From contig CM121343.1 of the NCBI GenBank assembly GCA_051530055.1, forward strand, positions 6,232,389 to 6,296,388: a stretch of 64,000 bases of DNA, given 5' to 3'. Under the pieces are notes generated by a model. It had not been told where the DNA came from and made no database searches. It saw only the letters and a program-made list of their open reading frames with translations. The position numbers and the translations under genes were made by a program. Shown in pieces: positions 1 through 14,900 of the stretch (positions are counted from its first letter, which is position 1; the number at the start of each line of letters is the position of its first letter). Origin of the DNA: Neoechinorhynchus agilis (Eukaryota > Animalia > Acanthocephala).

Positions 1-968
1 ATACTAATTCCTAAGCTCCATACATCCGAGCGGATGTCATATGGACCGACGGGTTCTATCCGTTCCGGTGCAAAATATGGCCTACATCCCTTATTGAAGG
101 TCTTCGCTACTGAGTCAACCAATTTCCCACTGATTCCAAAATCGCACAGCTTGAATTCGCCTTTTCCATTAGCGAGCATATTTGAGGGTTTAACATCCCG
201 ATGTATTATATCGTTGTTCCTTAAAAACTCAAGAGCTGAGACAATCTAGATACAATGAATCAGAATGATTATACATCCAATTCCATACTATACACTGTGT
301 ATTAAATGCCGCAATAAACTCTCCGGTATGCTGCCTGATACAACCTTGGGATACAATTTATAAAAAGCGTCCATTGAAATATCCATAGCTTCCATACATA
401 TCCAAATATCGCCCTCTAATAGAGCCACTCCATAAAATTGAACGATACAAGGATGATGCCCACATGCTCTAATCACACTCACATCCATATCGACTATTTT
501 AGTTTCTTCATCGTTCATACTGAGTCTTATACGCTTAAGCCAGAAGTTTTCTGTTAAACTTTTATAGAGCAACAACCGTTTTAATACCTTGACAGCCATT
601 CGGATATTATCATCGTTTGATACTTTCATCAATTCTACGGTGCCGAATGCACCCGAACCCAGTGTGGCTATGTGCTCAAGATCATTTACCTTGACCGAAA
701 GTTGCTCGCCTTTGTAAGATAAGGGACCAACTGCACTTAAAAAACTTGAAACATATTCAAATGTGCCCGAACTCGCTAGACTTTCTATTCTTTTACTTCT
801 TGCTTCAGAAACAAAGTCTTTTTCTGTACGTTGGACATCGAGACGAAGTCTGGGAAGTGGACTTCTTCTACGAAGACGATTGCCTTGAACCCCCTGATTT
901 CAAACCGATATCGTGCAAAACTCATTAATGAAACGTACCTGAAGATTTGGGCTCAGCGCGTTCGACAT
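1..968 (-). CDS. MAP kinase kinase (MAP2K, MKK3/6/4-like); multi-exon, 3' end runs off the window
   Basis: Manual splicing gives MSNALSPNLQ|GVQGNRLRRRSPLPRLRLDV (D-domain-like docking motif), LGSGAFGTV, MAVK|RIRL, IVQFYG, IWICMEAMD, HRDVKPSNML, KLCDFGISGKLVDSVAKT, GCRPYFAPERI and DIRSDVWSLGI. ATG at 968. Confidence 0.93.
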
Positions 969-1368
969 GGCAAGTCTTATAAACGCAGTCTGCAGAAAAT
1001 GCGCTCAATAAATTATGAAATTCAACGCACGCAGTTGTGGTGCTCGCATCTTTCCATAACATAATGACAGAATGTAAGTATGAGCAACACTCACGAGAAG
1101 ACTCAAATTTTTGAGTTTGTCATTTTGTAGGTACTTTAAGAATGAGTGGCCAATTGTAACGCTCCTGCTTTCAATACCTTAGAGAGAGTTATTGAAAAGA
1201 AAAACAATGCCAACCAAACGAGAATCTTTGTGACTCACATCCAACCACAATTACAGCCATTGAATCAAAAACTGGTAATTTTTAACGCTCTTTTTGGTGA
1301 TTTGAGCAGATCATGGAATTGTCTCAAATCATAATTGCTGATAGTCCACATCTCACATTTCTATTTTT

Positions 1369-2620
1369 GATCAACAATTAGGTATCCGCAGTTGAATTTA
1401 AAGAATTGTATCTTAGAAAAAATTCGCATATCAAAAACCTTTTTGCAGTTTTCACAAAACATATCCTAAAACTTCATATGAATATTAATAAAGAGAAAAA
1501 CATTTAAAAAAAGACCGTATATAATTAATTCTAATTATTGGATAGTCACGAGCTGCAGTACGAATAATGAAACTTCGAATTGCTCTTTTTCAATTAATCA
1601 AACACATTGGAAACGGAATTAAATGGAAGCAAATATTCTGGCTGTGATCAACAATTAGGTATCCGCAGTTGAATTTAAAGAATTGTATCTTAGAAAAAAT
1701 TCGCATATCAAAAATCTCTTTTGCAGTTTTCACAAAACATATCCTAAAACTTCATATGAATATTAATAAAGAGAAAAACATTTAAAAAAAGACTATATAT
1801 AATTAATTCTAATTATTGGATAGTCACGAGCTGCAGTACGAATAATGAAACTTCGAATTGCTCTTTTTCAATTAATCAAACACATTGGAAACGGAATTAA
1901 ATGGAAGCAAATATTCTGGCTGTGATCAACAATTAGGTATCCGCAGTTGAATTTAAAGAATTGTATCTTAGAAAAAATTCGCATATCAAAAACCTTTTTG
2001 CAGTTTTCACAAAACATATCCTAAAACTTCATATGAATATTAATAAAGAGAAAAACATTTAAAAAAAGACTGTATATAATTAATTCTAATTATTGGATAG
2101 TCACGAGCTGCAGTACGAATAATGAAACTTCGAATTGCTCTTTTTCAATTAATCAAACACATTGGAAACGGAATTAAATGGAAGCAAATATTCTGGCTGT
2201 GATCAACAATTAGGTATCCGCAGTTGAATTTAAAGAATTGTATCTTAGAAAAAATTCGCATATCAAAAATCTCTTTTACAGTTTTCACAAAACATATCCT
2301 AAAACTTCATATGAATATTAATAAAGAGAAAAACATTTAAAGAAAAAAGACTATATATAATTAATTCTAATTATTGGATAGTCACGAGCTGCAGTACGAA
2401 TAATGAAACTTCGAATTGCTCTTTTTCAATTAATCAAACACATTGGAAACGGAATTAAATGGAAGCAAATATTCTGGCTGTGATCAACAATTAGGTATCC
2501 GCAGTTGAATTTAAAGAATTGTATCTTAGAAAAAATTCGCATATCAAAAATCTCTACAGTTTTCACAAAACATATCCTAAAACTTCATATGAATATTAAT
2601 AAAGAGAAAAACATTTAAAG
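1369..2620. repeat. AT-rich tandem array, about 277-281 bp unit, about 4.5 copies
   Basis: The unit start GATCAACAATTAGGTATCCGCAG recurs at 1369, 1646, 1924, 2201 and 2482. Confidence 0.97.
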
Positions 2621-3320
2621 AGGACTTTTTGAAACCACTAATACCTTACCGAGCTAAAGTGGTTTAAAGAATAGGATAGCGGCGGACAGTTTAAAATGCG
2701 TACAAAATCCATCACGAAAGGCAATTGTCCTTGCGATTAGCCAAGGGCATAGATTGCAAGATTGTATATGGATGAGAAAAGACCAAAGAATGTTAGAATC
2801 AAAGATGTGGCAAAAAAATCAAGTAAAATCTCATGCATGATGTTTTGAAAATCGTACGAGAATGATGGCTTCGAGGTTCATTTCTGAACGATGCCTTATT
2901 TTTGTTTTAAAATCATAGCGGAATAAATCAATCTTGTTTCGCAATCAAAAATTTTGGTTTGTTGGTTTTGGATAGTGTTTAAAATCCAGTTTTAAATGGA
3001 TCCGTTTTTTGATTCCGTACCGAGCGAAGATGTGTATTCGAACTAAATTGTTGTTTTAATGAAGAAACTGTTTTGTATTGATGATAAAAAGATGCTTGCC
3101 ACGACGATGGAAGTGAGAAGTGACAATGACAGCATTCTCTGGAACACTTTTTAGCGTATAGATCTTAAAATCCGAATATTAAGTGGTGACCAAAAGCCGT
3201 GAAGCCTAAAAAAATTACTTTAAACTGGAAAATCCTAAGCCCCTCGGATAAAGGTTCAGTACAGATGTCTAGAAAGTAGATATTGAACTCATGTAAGTTC
3301 AAGCGCTTGAATAAAGCACT

Positions 3321-3515
3321 GAAATCTAAAAGATAATTGAGAAAAGAAGATAGATATGTTCCATAATATCATTTTCCACATTTTCCACAGGCGAAGGATG
3401 AGCATAGGAAAATTTAATACTAAGAAAATCTCAAAGATAATTGAGAAAAGAAGATAGATATGTTCCATAATATCATTTTTCACAGGTGAAGGATGAGCAT
3501 AGGAAAATTTAATAC
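3321..3515. repeat. Local tandem duplication, about 104 bp period, 2 copies
   Basis: AAAGATAATTGAGAAAAGAAGATAGATATGTTCC...GGAAAATTTAATAC occurs at about 3329 and 3433. Confidence 0.9.
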
Positions 3516-4143
3516 CAAGAACGGAAACTAAAGAGAATTCAACGAGGGAAGCTTCAACTTTTATACAAGGTTTGTAACTTTTCAATAAAGACTTTATTCT
3601 TTTCATGCGAAATTTGAATCTTTATAAGCATAGATTGATCAAAGTTGGGGCGAATATTGGACTTCGACCCGAATCAAATTTTGAAATGAGCAAATTCTTA
3701 AAAATTTCAACGGATATTCCAAATCTCATGTGTGATTCTATTTCCCGTTACCCTATGGACCTTCTTGTTCTATTCTTTATTTGTCAACACACACATAGGC
3801 GCTGTGTCACAACGAATTGGAAATGGGTAGATGTACTCATAGGGACTATTTATCTCCTGGAACATCGTATTGTTTTGATGTGCTCCGTGACTATTTTTCA
3901 GGCATAACATAGTCCTCTATGTAAGATCCGTCGTGAAGATGAAGATCACCGGCACGGTAGCTGACAAAACACTTGAAAAACGAAAGGATATATATTACCC
4001 GTTAGCGATCCACAGCATCTGTATTTCTCCTCTTTGGTTTTTGTGCTCGTGGAACACTCACGGCTGTGCTCGACCATCTTCAGAGCTCAACTACAAAGCC
4101 AAGTCGAAAACAAAAAAATCCATTTTAACGTACGTTTGAAATA

Positions 4144-7100
4144 ATGATGATGGATCCAAACGACCCGGAGATAGTTGAGAGCCTAAAGTATTTGGAGGTT
4201 AATGAATTAAAAGTCTTAAAACTTTGCTAACCATAGTATGACAGGTTTCTAAAAAGGAACGGTTGGAGCTTCAATCACAAGAGTTTGATTCAAAAGTTAT
4301 GTGTTGGGTACCGGATGAAAAGGAAGGTTTCGTAGCAGCAAAGATAGTATCAAAGAAAAAGAATGATATAGAAGTGAAAACCGTCGAAACCAATCAGGTA
4401 AATTTAAATCTTGACTATACTCAATAATTACTATTTTACTCATTAAAGAACAAAACCTTCCCAAAGGATCAAGTGGAGCAGATGAATCCTCCGAAATTCG
4501 AAAAATGCGAGGACATGGCTGACTTGACCTATCTAAACGATCCATCTGTCCTTCACAATCTACGAGCTCGCTATTCCTCCTTTTTGATTTACGTATGGCT
4601 TCTTTTAGTAGAAACTATTGAAATTTATCTACAAAAATAGACATATTCGGGTCTCTTCTGCGTGGTGATCAATCCATATAAAAGATTACCCATTTACACC
4701 GAAAAAGTGATTGCAATGTATCGGGGCAAGAAGCGTACCGAGGTACCACCGCATTTATTTGCGGTGACAGACAATGCGTATGCAAATATGTTAAGAGGTG
4801 AGATTAAAGTTTGTTTAAATCTTAATATTTTTATTATATTTAGAGCGGGAAAATCAGTCAATGCTTATAACGTGAGAGTAAACGAGTCCATGCAGCAAGA
4901 CTACCGGCACTTTTATTTTTATTTAGGGGCGAATCTGGTGCCGGTAAAACGGAAAATACTAAAAAAGTTATCCAATACTTCGCGACTGTTGCTGCAAATC
5001 AAGAAAAATCCTCGGGAGGAGAAGAAAAACCTAATCTTGAAGACCAAATTGTTTCAGCCAACCCGCTTCTGGAGTCTTATGGTAATGCTAAAACAGTGAG
5101 GAACAATAACTCATCTCGATTTGTGAGTTACACCAATTCATACTTGCAAAATCTGAAAATCACCATCTAGGGCAAGTTCATACGTATTCACTTCGGAGGG
5201 AACGGTCGAATTGCGGGAGCAGATATTGCCACCTACCTTCTCGAAAAGGCCAGAGTCATTTTTCAGCAGAAAAAGGAAAGAAATTATCACATATTTTATC
5301 AATTAACTTCTTCGGCAGCGAAACATCTTCACAGTAAGTGTACTAAAATGGCTGATTTTGATTAAAGATAACAATTTCAGAGGATCTTTTGATCGACGAG
5401 GATCCATCAAAATATCAATATATAGCTCATGGTAGCCTCACGGTAGATGGAATTGACGATAGCGAGGAAATGGTGAGCACTATCGCTGCAACCAAGATTT
5501 TAGGCTTTACCGAGGTGAAGTTTTCAGTATTCGAGCACTTTCTAAAGCTTTTAATGTAATTGTAGGAGGAAACAATGAATATGTTTAAATGCACTGCATC
5601 GTTGATGCACTTTGGAAACAGTAAATGGAAGCAAAGACCTAGAGAAGAACAAGCCGAATCCGAAGATGCCGCTGATTGTGAAAAAGTCGCATTTTTGCTT
5701 GGAATTGAGGCTGCGGACCTCATAAAAGGACTGCTAAAACCTAGAATAAAGGTATTGGATATGTTCATTGCTGCGCAAATGCCTTTAATTCCTTTAATCT
5801 TAGGTTGGCAGTGACTATGTCAACAAAGGTCAAAATAAAGATCAAGTTGTTTATGCGATTGGTGCCTTATCAAAATCAATCTACGAGCGATTATTTTTAT
5901 GGATGGTGAACAAAATAAACAAAACACTCGATGTAAAGACAGCTAGACAGTACTTTATCGGTGTTCTCGATATAGCTGGATTCGAGATATTCGAAGTACA
6001 TTGATATTTTTATACTCAACCTAACAAATGAAATCTCTCTAGTACAATGGATTTGAGCAACTTTGTATCAACTACACCAATGAAATGTTGCAGCAGTTCT
6101 TCAATCATCATATGTTTGTGCTGGAACAGGAAGAGTATACTAAGGAAGGTATCGAGTGGAACTTTATTGATTTCGGCATGGATTTACAGGCTTGCATCGA
6201 CTTGATTGAAAAGGTATTGAACCGGAATTTAAACTTTTCAGAAGTTGTAATCTTTTTGAAAACAGCCGATGGGTCTCCTGTCGATCTTAGAGGAGGAGTG
6301 CATCATTCCAAAAGGAAGCGACGAAGGATTTCTCCAGAAAATAACGAATGTTCATTTCGGTAAACATCCAAACATAAGTAAACCAAAGGTAGAAAAAGGG
6401 AAATCCAGTGCGGATTTTAATCTTCATCATTATGCGGGAATCGTAAGTACATTAAAGTATAACGAATGCTTTATATAATATTCCAAATATAGGTGCCGTA
6501 CAGTATTAATGGATGGTTGGAGAAGAATAAGGATCCAATAAATACCACAATTGCAACATTGTTTGCTAATTCGAAAAACGCATTGTTGGCTAAGATGTTC
6601 AAGAGTTTTGCGTCAGCTGGTAAGTACGCTGATCGATCAAATAAGATTTCTGATATACTAAATTCTAGAAACGGAGAAGTCCCGTGGTGGAAAGCGAGGC
6701 AAAAAGGGTGGCAGTATGCAGACCATTTCTGCTATACATCGAGTAAGGGATTATTATATCATTCAGCAAAAATGATAAAATATACTTAGGAACAATTAAA
6801 TACACTTTTAACTCACTTGCGATCTACACATCCTCACTTTGTGCGATGTATAATTCCGAATGAGGAAAAGAAAGCAGGTTTGTATACCTTTTTTGTACCA
6901 ATTGCTTTAAAAGACAAATATATTGCAGGTCTCTTGGACGTGCCGCTTGTGCTAAATCAACTACATTGCAATGGTGTCCTAGAAGGCATAAGAATATGTC
7001 GAAAAGGCTTCCCAAACCGAATGATATATTCTGAGTTTAAACAAAGATATAGTATCCTTGCACCAAACGCAGTTCCCAAGGGTTTTGTCGATGCGAAAAA

Positions 7101-10100
7101 GGCCACTGTGAATGTATTAAAGGATGTTCAACTTTCTGAAGAGTTATACAGAGTTGGTAACACTAAGGTTAGCTCTATATTGAAGTTCCGATAGCTTATC
7201 ATTCAATTTATTTTAAAAGATATTTTTTAAAGCGGGAGTATTGGGTCAACTCGAAGATATGCGAGATGTAGCTCTTAGCAAGATATTGACAAAATTACAA
7301 GCGCGGATCAAGCGATACGTTATTGGTCTCCAATACAAGAGAATGTTAGAGCAAAAGCTAGCGCTTGAAGTGCTTCAAAGGAATTGCAACAAATATCTCG
7401 ATTTTCGAAATTGGCCATGGTGGAGGTTGTACACTAAAGTAAAGCCGCTGTTATCCGTTGCACGACAAGAGGTTAGTTATTTTATCGCATTAAATACAAA
7501 TCATGTTTTTAAAAATTATTATATTGCATAGGAGGAGATGAAAATGTTGGAAGAGGAATATGAAAAGTGTAAAGCTGCCTTGGAAAAGGAGGAAGCTTTG
7601 CGGAAACAGTTTGAGGAGCAAAATGCAAGACTAACTAAGGAGAAAAATGATATGTATATGGAATTGGAAGCGGAAAAGAATAATACTCAGGTTGCTCAAG
7701 AAAAGGCAGACAAATTAGTAGTTCAAAAGGCTGATCTGGATACCCGCATAACTGAGTTGAATGAACGATTGGAGGAAGAGGAAGAGAACGTTACCGAAGT
7801 TACGAATGCAAAGCGCAAGCTCCAATCGGAGTTGGATGACATTTTGAGTGAGATTGAGGAGACGAGAACACGATTGATGAAGTCGGAGAATGAAACTAAA
7901 GTAAAAGAATCGGAGATTAAAGGCTTAAAGGAGGAGATTGCTCAACATACCCAACAAGAAGAAAGATTGGCAAAGGATAAGAAAAAAGTCGAGCAGCAGT
8001 TCGCAGAAGCAAGTGAAAACTTAAAGATTAGCGAGGAAAAAATAAATGCGGCAAATAGAACCAAAGTTAAGCTAGAGCAGACTATTGATGAAGTCGAGGA
8101 TAATCTTAACCGAGAAAAGAAAAGAAGTGCCGAGCTTGAGAAAGTCAAACGTAAATTGGAGAGTGATCTAAATACAGCTGAAGCGGTGAAAGATGAACTT
8201 GAGCGAATCAAAGGCGAGAACGAATCATCCTTAAAAGTTAAGGACACAGAAATAACCAGTTTACAGAACAAACTTGAGGATGAAGAGAAAGCAGCTTCGA
8301 GCGCCAATAGGAAGGTTAAGGAGCTACAGGTATATGTTTATAGTTTAAGTTAAGAATTTAAAATAATCGCTTGACCTAGGCAATAATCGCTGAGCTAGAA
8401 GAGGAGGTTGAAGTCGAACGAAGTGGTCGTAGCAAGGCGGAACGACAGAGAGCAGACTTAATTCAAGAAATGGATGATATGGCAGATAGGCTAGATGCTG
8501 CTGGAAGTACATCGGTAGCTCAAACTGAAATAACGAAGAAGCGTGAAGCCGAATTGGCGAAACTTAGAAGAGATCTGGACGAGGCGACAGCTCAGCATGA
8601 AGCTACAGTAAATCAATTGAAGAAAAAACACCAAGATGCAGTCAATGAAATGGGTGATCAGACTGAGCAATTACAGAGGCTTCGATCGAAGTAAGTTAAT
8701 AATTTTTCTGGGAACTGCTTAGATTGCTGAAATGTAGGTTGGAGAAAGACAAACAACAGCTATTTTCCGAAAACGAACAATTCCGCATGCAACTGGATCA
8801 TTCTTTGAAAGCTAAGGTAAGCCAGTCTTTAAAGGAGAACTTAAGGAGTAAAAATACGAATGCTTTAGACTGCATCTGAGAGACAGTGCAAGGAACTCGA
8901 ACAACAACTAACATCTTCAGAAGTAAAATTGGAACAACTGCAAACTAGTTTGAATGAATTGAGCGATTTGAAAAATAAACTGACAGCTCAAAACGAAGAG
9001 CTCGTGCAGCAGTTAGAGGACGCCGAATACAATTCGACTTCGTTCGCCAAGCTGAAACAAAGCCTACAGACGGAAATTGCAGAGCTACAGGCGCAACTCG
9101 AAGACGAAAAACGTTCAAAGGGATCCCTCATGTCTCAACTTAGGAACATGACGGCAGACTTTGAAGCTGCACGCAATCAGCTTGATGAAGAAATCGACAC
9201 TAAAGCAGCTCTGAACAAACAAATAATATCGCTGAATAGTGATGTTCAACAATGGAAGACCCGATTCGAAACTGAAGGACTAGCTCGTGCTGAGGAGCTT
9301 GAGGATGCAAAACGTAAGGTTTCTGCTAAGCTTTCTGCTGCAGAGGAGACGGTTGAGCTCGCGTTGAACAAATGCAGCCAACTGGAAAACGCGAAGAATA
9401 GATTACAGGCCGAAGTGGAAGATTTAATGATCGATGTGGAACGGGCTAATGCAAATGCAACATCGATGGAAAAGAAGCAGAAGCAGTTCGATAAAACGAT
9501 TTCCGAGTGGAGTCAGAAATGCGACGACATTGTGGTCGAATTGGAAACATCGCAGAAGGAAGCACGAGCTTACTCAGGAGAGTTGTTCAAACTCCGATCT
9601 AAATACGAGGACTGCCTTCAAGAGATTGAATCTCTTAGAAGGGATAACAAGAATCTGAGCGACGAAATTCGGGAAATTATGGAGCAGACCTCCGAAGAAG
9701 CGAGAAATATTCACGAAATGACACAGGAGAAGAAGAGATTGGAATTAGAGAAAGAGGAACTACAGGCGGCGTTAGAAGAAGCGGAAGCATCGATTGAACA
9801 AGAGGAAACGAAGACTGTAAGGCTTCAAATGGAATTAAGTGCTGTAAGACAGGACATTGATAGGAAATTGAGAGAAAAGGAGGAGGAATTCGACAACACC
9901 AGACGAAACCATCAGCGTTTAGTTGAGTCAATGCAAGCAACTTTGGAAGCGGAAACGAAAGCTAAGCAGGAGGCAATGAAGCAAAAAAAGAATTTGGAGA
10001 CAGACGTCAATGAACTTGAAGTTGCTTTGGATCAATCGAACCGAACTGTGGCTGATCTACAGAAAGGCAAAAGCAGGCTTGAGCAAGAAGTAAATGTAGG

Positions 10101-11162
10101 TTCATCGATTAAATTAAGCAAATTGTTCAATATTTTATACATTTAGGACATTCATCAGTTGCTAGAAGATGAGCAATTGAAACGTGATGAGGCTCGTGAG
10201 GCTGCTGCCAACGCAGAACGCAGATTGAACTTGATCGCTAGTGAAATTGAAGAGTTATCGTCGAGAGCAGAACAAGCTGAGCGACTCAGGAGAATTGCCG
10301 AAACGGATATGGTTGGAATGAACGACCGAATAAGCGAATTGAGTACTATGAATTCAAGTCTAGGATCCCAGAAAAAGCAGCTAGAAGATAAAATATCTGG
10401 ACTTCAATTAGACCTCGACGAAGCAATTCGAGACCTCAAAAATGGCGACCAGCGGCTTAAAACCGCAGCACTTGATGCGGCTAAGCTATCCGAGGAACTG
10501 CAAAATGAGCAAGACAGATCTGCTGGCTTGGATACTGCAAGGAAGCAGTTAGAAATCCAGATAAGAGATCTCCAATCCCGTTATGCTGAAATGGAAGCAA
10601 ATAGTATAAAGGGTGGAAAACGAATAATTCAAAAGCTGCAAGAGAAGGTTAGCGAAACTGCGAATTACGTAAAAATCATATTTCGTAATAGGTTCAAGGT
10701 CTAAGCGATGAACTTGACTTGGAGAGACGAGCTCATCAAGAGGCAGTGAAGTTGAGTAAGAAAAATGAAAGGAAATTTAAGGAACTTTCAATGCAGGTCG
10801 GTAGAAGGCTTAGTATTTTACGAAGAAACCTTGTTTTTTAGGTGGACGAAGAACGCAGAAATCATAGTACTTTACAGGATACAATTGAAAAATTGCGATT
10901 AAAGTTGCGGACTTATAAGAGACAAGCAGAAGAGGCTGAGGAGGTCGCTGCGATTAATTTAGAAAAGTATAGAAAAGCCATGAATGAACTAGGTGGTGCC
11001 AATGAAAGGGCAGAATCCGCTGAAGTTATGCTTAGTAAGTTAAAGGCTCGAAGTAGAGGTGGTTTGATGCCCGGCGATGCGACAACAACAAGGACGGGAA
11101 GCCGCGATTTTTCAAGATCGGGCAGTATGATGCCTAGAAGTGGATCGATTCGGCCCGAGTAA
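4144..11162 (+). CDS. Mhc: Muscle-type myosin II heavy chain, about 23 short introns
   Basis: Starts [16 protein letters not shown]. Motifs: [14 protein letters not shown]-loop, NNNSSRF|[52 protein letters not shown], a long heptad rod and a non-helical tailpiece ending at TAA 11162. Confidence 0.98.
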
Positions 11163-11942
11163 AAGTCTTGGATGATATTGATATGTCTTAGTTGGTACTC
11201 TTATGTAGTAATAAATACTTTATTGTCGCTTCTTAAACGATGGTTTATTATTATTGATAACGTGTAACTTTTGCAGTGTTCGAGGGGTTCATTTTAAATT
11301 TTGTCCGTCTTGGTGCCGTATTCGTTTCAAAGTGACGTAACGGATTAATGTAATAGTTATATTTTACACGGAATGGACACTTTGACTAGGGAGTTTGGCG
11401 CGGCAGGTTTACGTATGTGGAGACATAGAAGCACTCGATCCGTATTCATCTTTTGGTCTTATCGAGTAAAGCGATAGTTTATCTCAAGTAGGCAATAATT
11501 AGAGGTTGCGACCTGGACGCAATTCCCTCAGTCATTGCTAGAGAAACTTTCATTAATGTGATCCCCTGGGCGAAATATATCCTATAAGGACGAGAAGTGT
11601 GACCTCAATCTCTCAGTGCACAAGCCACGTAGACTGACGCCGTAAAGCAATACAGTATCTATTTTCAGCTTTTCCACACGCACACAACAACCACCACCTA
11701 CACCACACTCATAATACTGACGAATCCACGTCAAGGTTTGTGCCCTCCTCGCCCTTGTGTTTTCGATTGACTAGTCTATTCGGACAGCCATATCGTTCGC
11801 TACTGCCTCCTCTTCCAACTTCTAAAATCACATAAACATGTCCCGATATTGATTCTTGACGATCTAAGGTACTTTCCATTTTCAAATTAAATCTTGAAAT
11901 CAAAAACAAGTATCTCTTGAACTTCACTGTGCTTCATTTTAG

Positions 11943-14900
11943 ATGAATCGACGTGATAAAAATCAGTTGCGCGACCGATTCTTTGCTGATCAGAGGTACG
12001 CTCGCGACAATGTTCTAGATCACAGGCCTCGTTTACGAGCTGCGGTTCCAAACCCCTATCGCGGCGAAGCATGCTATGCCACCATATCTGAGAGCGGGAC
12101 TCCGGTACATGATCAAACTCACCGACGCAACGTGATTTCATTCGATCCAGCTCGCAATCGGGACACTTGCGACGTCCGCATTAGCCGTGATGATTCTCGA
12201 TCAGGTGATATCTATTTAAACAATCCAAGCGTTGACGATCGGCATCTTGCTTCTTCGTATTCAAATATACATGAAACCAAATCAGTTTTGCGACCAAAGA
12301 GCGCCCGGGTGCCGGACGATAATCAGACTTATCTTAATGAAGCCTCTATTGAACGCAATTGCTACGCATCGCAAGGTTTGTTATGATCCAAGAAGTTGTC
12401 TTGGACTTTTCATATTTGTGTATTGACAAAGCTAAAAACGAATCTTCGTCTCTATAACTTGTATTGACATAATAAGAGATAATAGAAAGTTCCGCATGAT
12501 TCTCATGATAAGTCATTCACTTTATTAGATCTATATAACCCTATGGAGAACAATCTATTTCTGGACGAATCTACGATGAAAATTCACTCCTTCCAACACT
12601 CACCTAAATTCCACGGTTACGTTGTGCGCCTTAAACATTTGATAGCACAATATTTAGTTTGAAACCGCATTGGTTACTACTGGCAAAGCATTGAAGTTTT
12701 ACCTGCTTCTATTCCTTAATAAATTATCTCCTAAAATGATCCAGCCTTTTAGGACGATCAGCAACGCTGCCACATTTACGCAATACAGACGAATTGGGCA
12801 ACGCTAAACTTGAAACACAACCATTATCTCCTCAAACGGACAGGCGTGAATGCTTTAAGGATTATCGATCCAGAGCGATTGTGGGCGATATTTTTCGTCA
12901 CACAATCGGGCGATCCGAAGCAGCAATGAGTAGTCAACCACCGATGGCTGCAAGAGTTCCACCACCGTATGAACGTGACCCACGTAGATCAGAACAAACC
13001 ATCAATCGTTTTCCATTGTGGAACGAGAGTGAAGTGCCTAGACAAGCTCAAAAAGGAAAATATCCTAAGGCTATTACGCTTGCCTTGATGCCTGAAGAAG
13101 ATGATGAACTCCATCAACTCTATGGACAAATATTGCAAGTGACTGGAGCATCCCGGTTCTCATACAAGGTCACATTTGAAGGACAGGAATTTTATGTTCC
13201 GAAACACATGGTCCGTCCTTGTACATCCGACAGTCTTTTGAGCGTTATGTCCAGCAGCGAAAATCGGTCGCCTGAATACTACTCGGATGGCACTTGTAAG
13301 TGAAACGGACTTTAATTATTTCACTTTCTTTTGGTAGTTATCCCCACTCATTTCCGATATTTCACATCACATAAATGTTTGCAAGTGTTTACGACGTCCG
13401 ACGTGAAATATCGGTTAAATAAATCAGTGAATTTAAATCCCAGTAGTGGTTAAACTACCAAAAGAAAGTATCTTTTCCCTCGAAGATAATAATCCAAGAA
13501 TTTTTTCTCATTTAGGGTGTCAGATTGACATAGTAGCAGAAGCTCAAAGAGGTTATTCGCCAATGTACGATGGGCATTTACATGTGGATATAGGGGATGT
13601 GATTGTTGTTCGGGAAATTGTGAGTAGATCTGTCGTTAAAAAATACCATAGATCTATTCATTCTCAGTCAGAATGAAACACCTCGTAACAAATATTGTAA
13701 GATTTTCCCATTTATTGCAAAGTTCGATAGAAATTTCGCATATTTTTTAGTCTTGGAGAATTATAAGTAGAAATTTTCGATCAAAGGCGAAATACTGCTG
13801 AGACAGTCTTCTAATTTGTTGAAGCATTCTTAATTTTTATATGACCATGAGAGAAATAGAATTATACTGTAAGAGGCTTTAAGCTGCAATTAAAATTTTT
13901 CGGTGTAGCACTGAGTGCATTTATCACTTTAAATATAACGGATCTTTTCTGAGAATATTTAAAAACATCTAATTAGTCCTACTTTTTCGAAAAATAAGAA
14001 AGGTAAGCAACTATAATTTCCAGTTTCTAAAAATTCCGTTTACCAAGAATGAACTCCTTATTGTGCCCTATTTAGTTTGCGAATATTGAAGTAAGCCTTA
14101 TGACAGAATTTGATGAAAAATGAATTGCGCTTCAAAATGTTAGAGGGAGGACGACAATCATCAATTTTTGCCTTTTAATAATTAAAAAGCAACATTTTTT
14201 AATTGGACCGTTTTCGCATATATTTTTTTGTCTGCTTTTTTAGACATCATCTCCTCGATTAGCTTCATGATTAAAATATAAAGTTGCAACCATCGCACAA
14301 AAATTAGGCTTTACCTGTGAAAACCTTATTAAATCGCAGCATCCTGTAATTTTTAAATAACTAAATTTACAATTTCCAACGTTCAAAGTTCCAATGGGAA
14401 TGGCGAAACATCTTTATCCTCCATTGCATCGGGAATGCATCCAGCATCTCCTTTTTGAATCGCTGATTTTCGGATAAAAATAATTGGCTGCAAGGGCTCA
14501 TTTGTTTTGTTGCTTAAAAATTCAGCGGTGCTTGGTTCGACGGCATCAATTGTCTCAATGGTGAGAGGTTAAAAAATGTAGAGTGACGGATAGAGGCATT
14601 GTCACTTATCAAAAAATTTAAGCAGACTTTAAATTCACTAACGAATTAAGACAGGTTGCTTTTTAAATAAGGAAAGGCGATTAAGGTTTTCATTCGATAC
14701 TTTTAACTTCATTTTTACATTCCGATAATTCTGGGTATACATAATTCGTAGCTGTCTATAAATTGCTCAAAAAGTTCAACTCCAAATATGAATGATTTCT
14801 TCACATCTCCGATATTAAGTTATGATCATGTGACCGAATATTCGAACATTTAGTCACCTATGACAAGAATGGCGAAAGGCTACAATATGGGACAATACGG

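Noticed and set aside
4055-4083. CTGAAGA-T-GG...CC on the minus strand just upstream of myosin
   Set aside because: Followed by GTGA rather than GAAA, with no stem I or III and no fold-back; compatible with chance.
7942-8307. Antisense ORFs over myosin, SMC3, UBE4A and other genes
   Set aside because: These are shadows of coiled-coil or biased coding sequence on the opposite strand.
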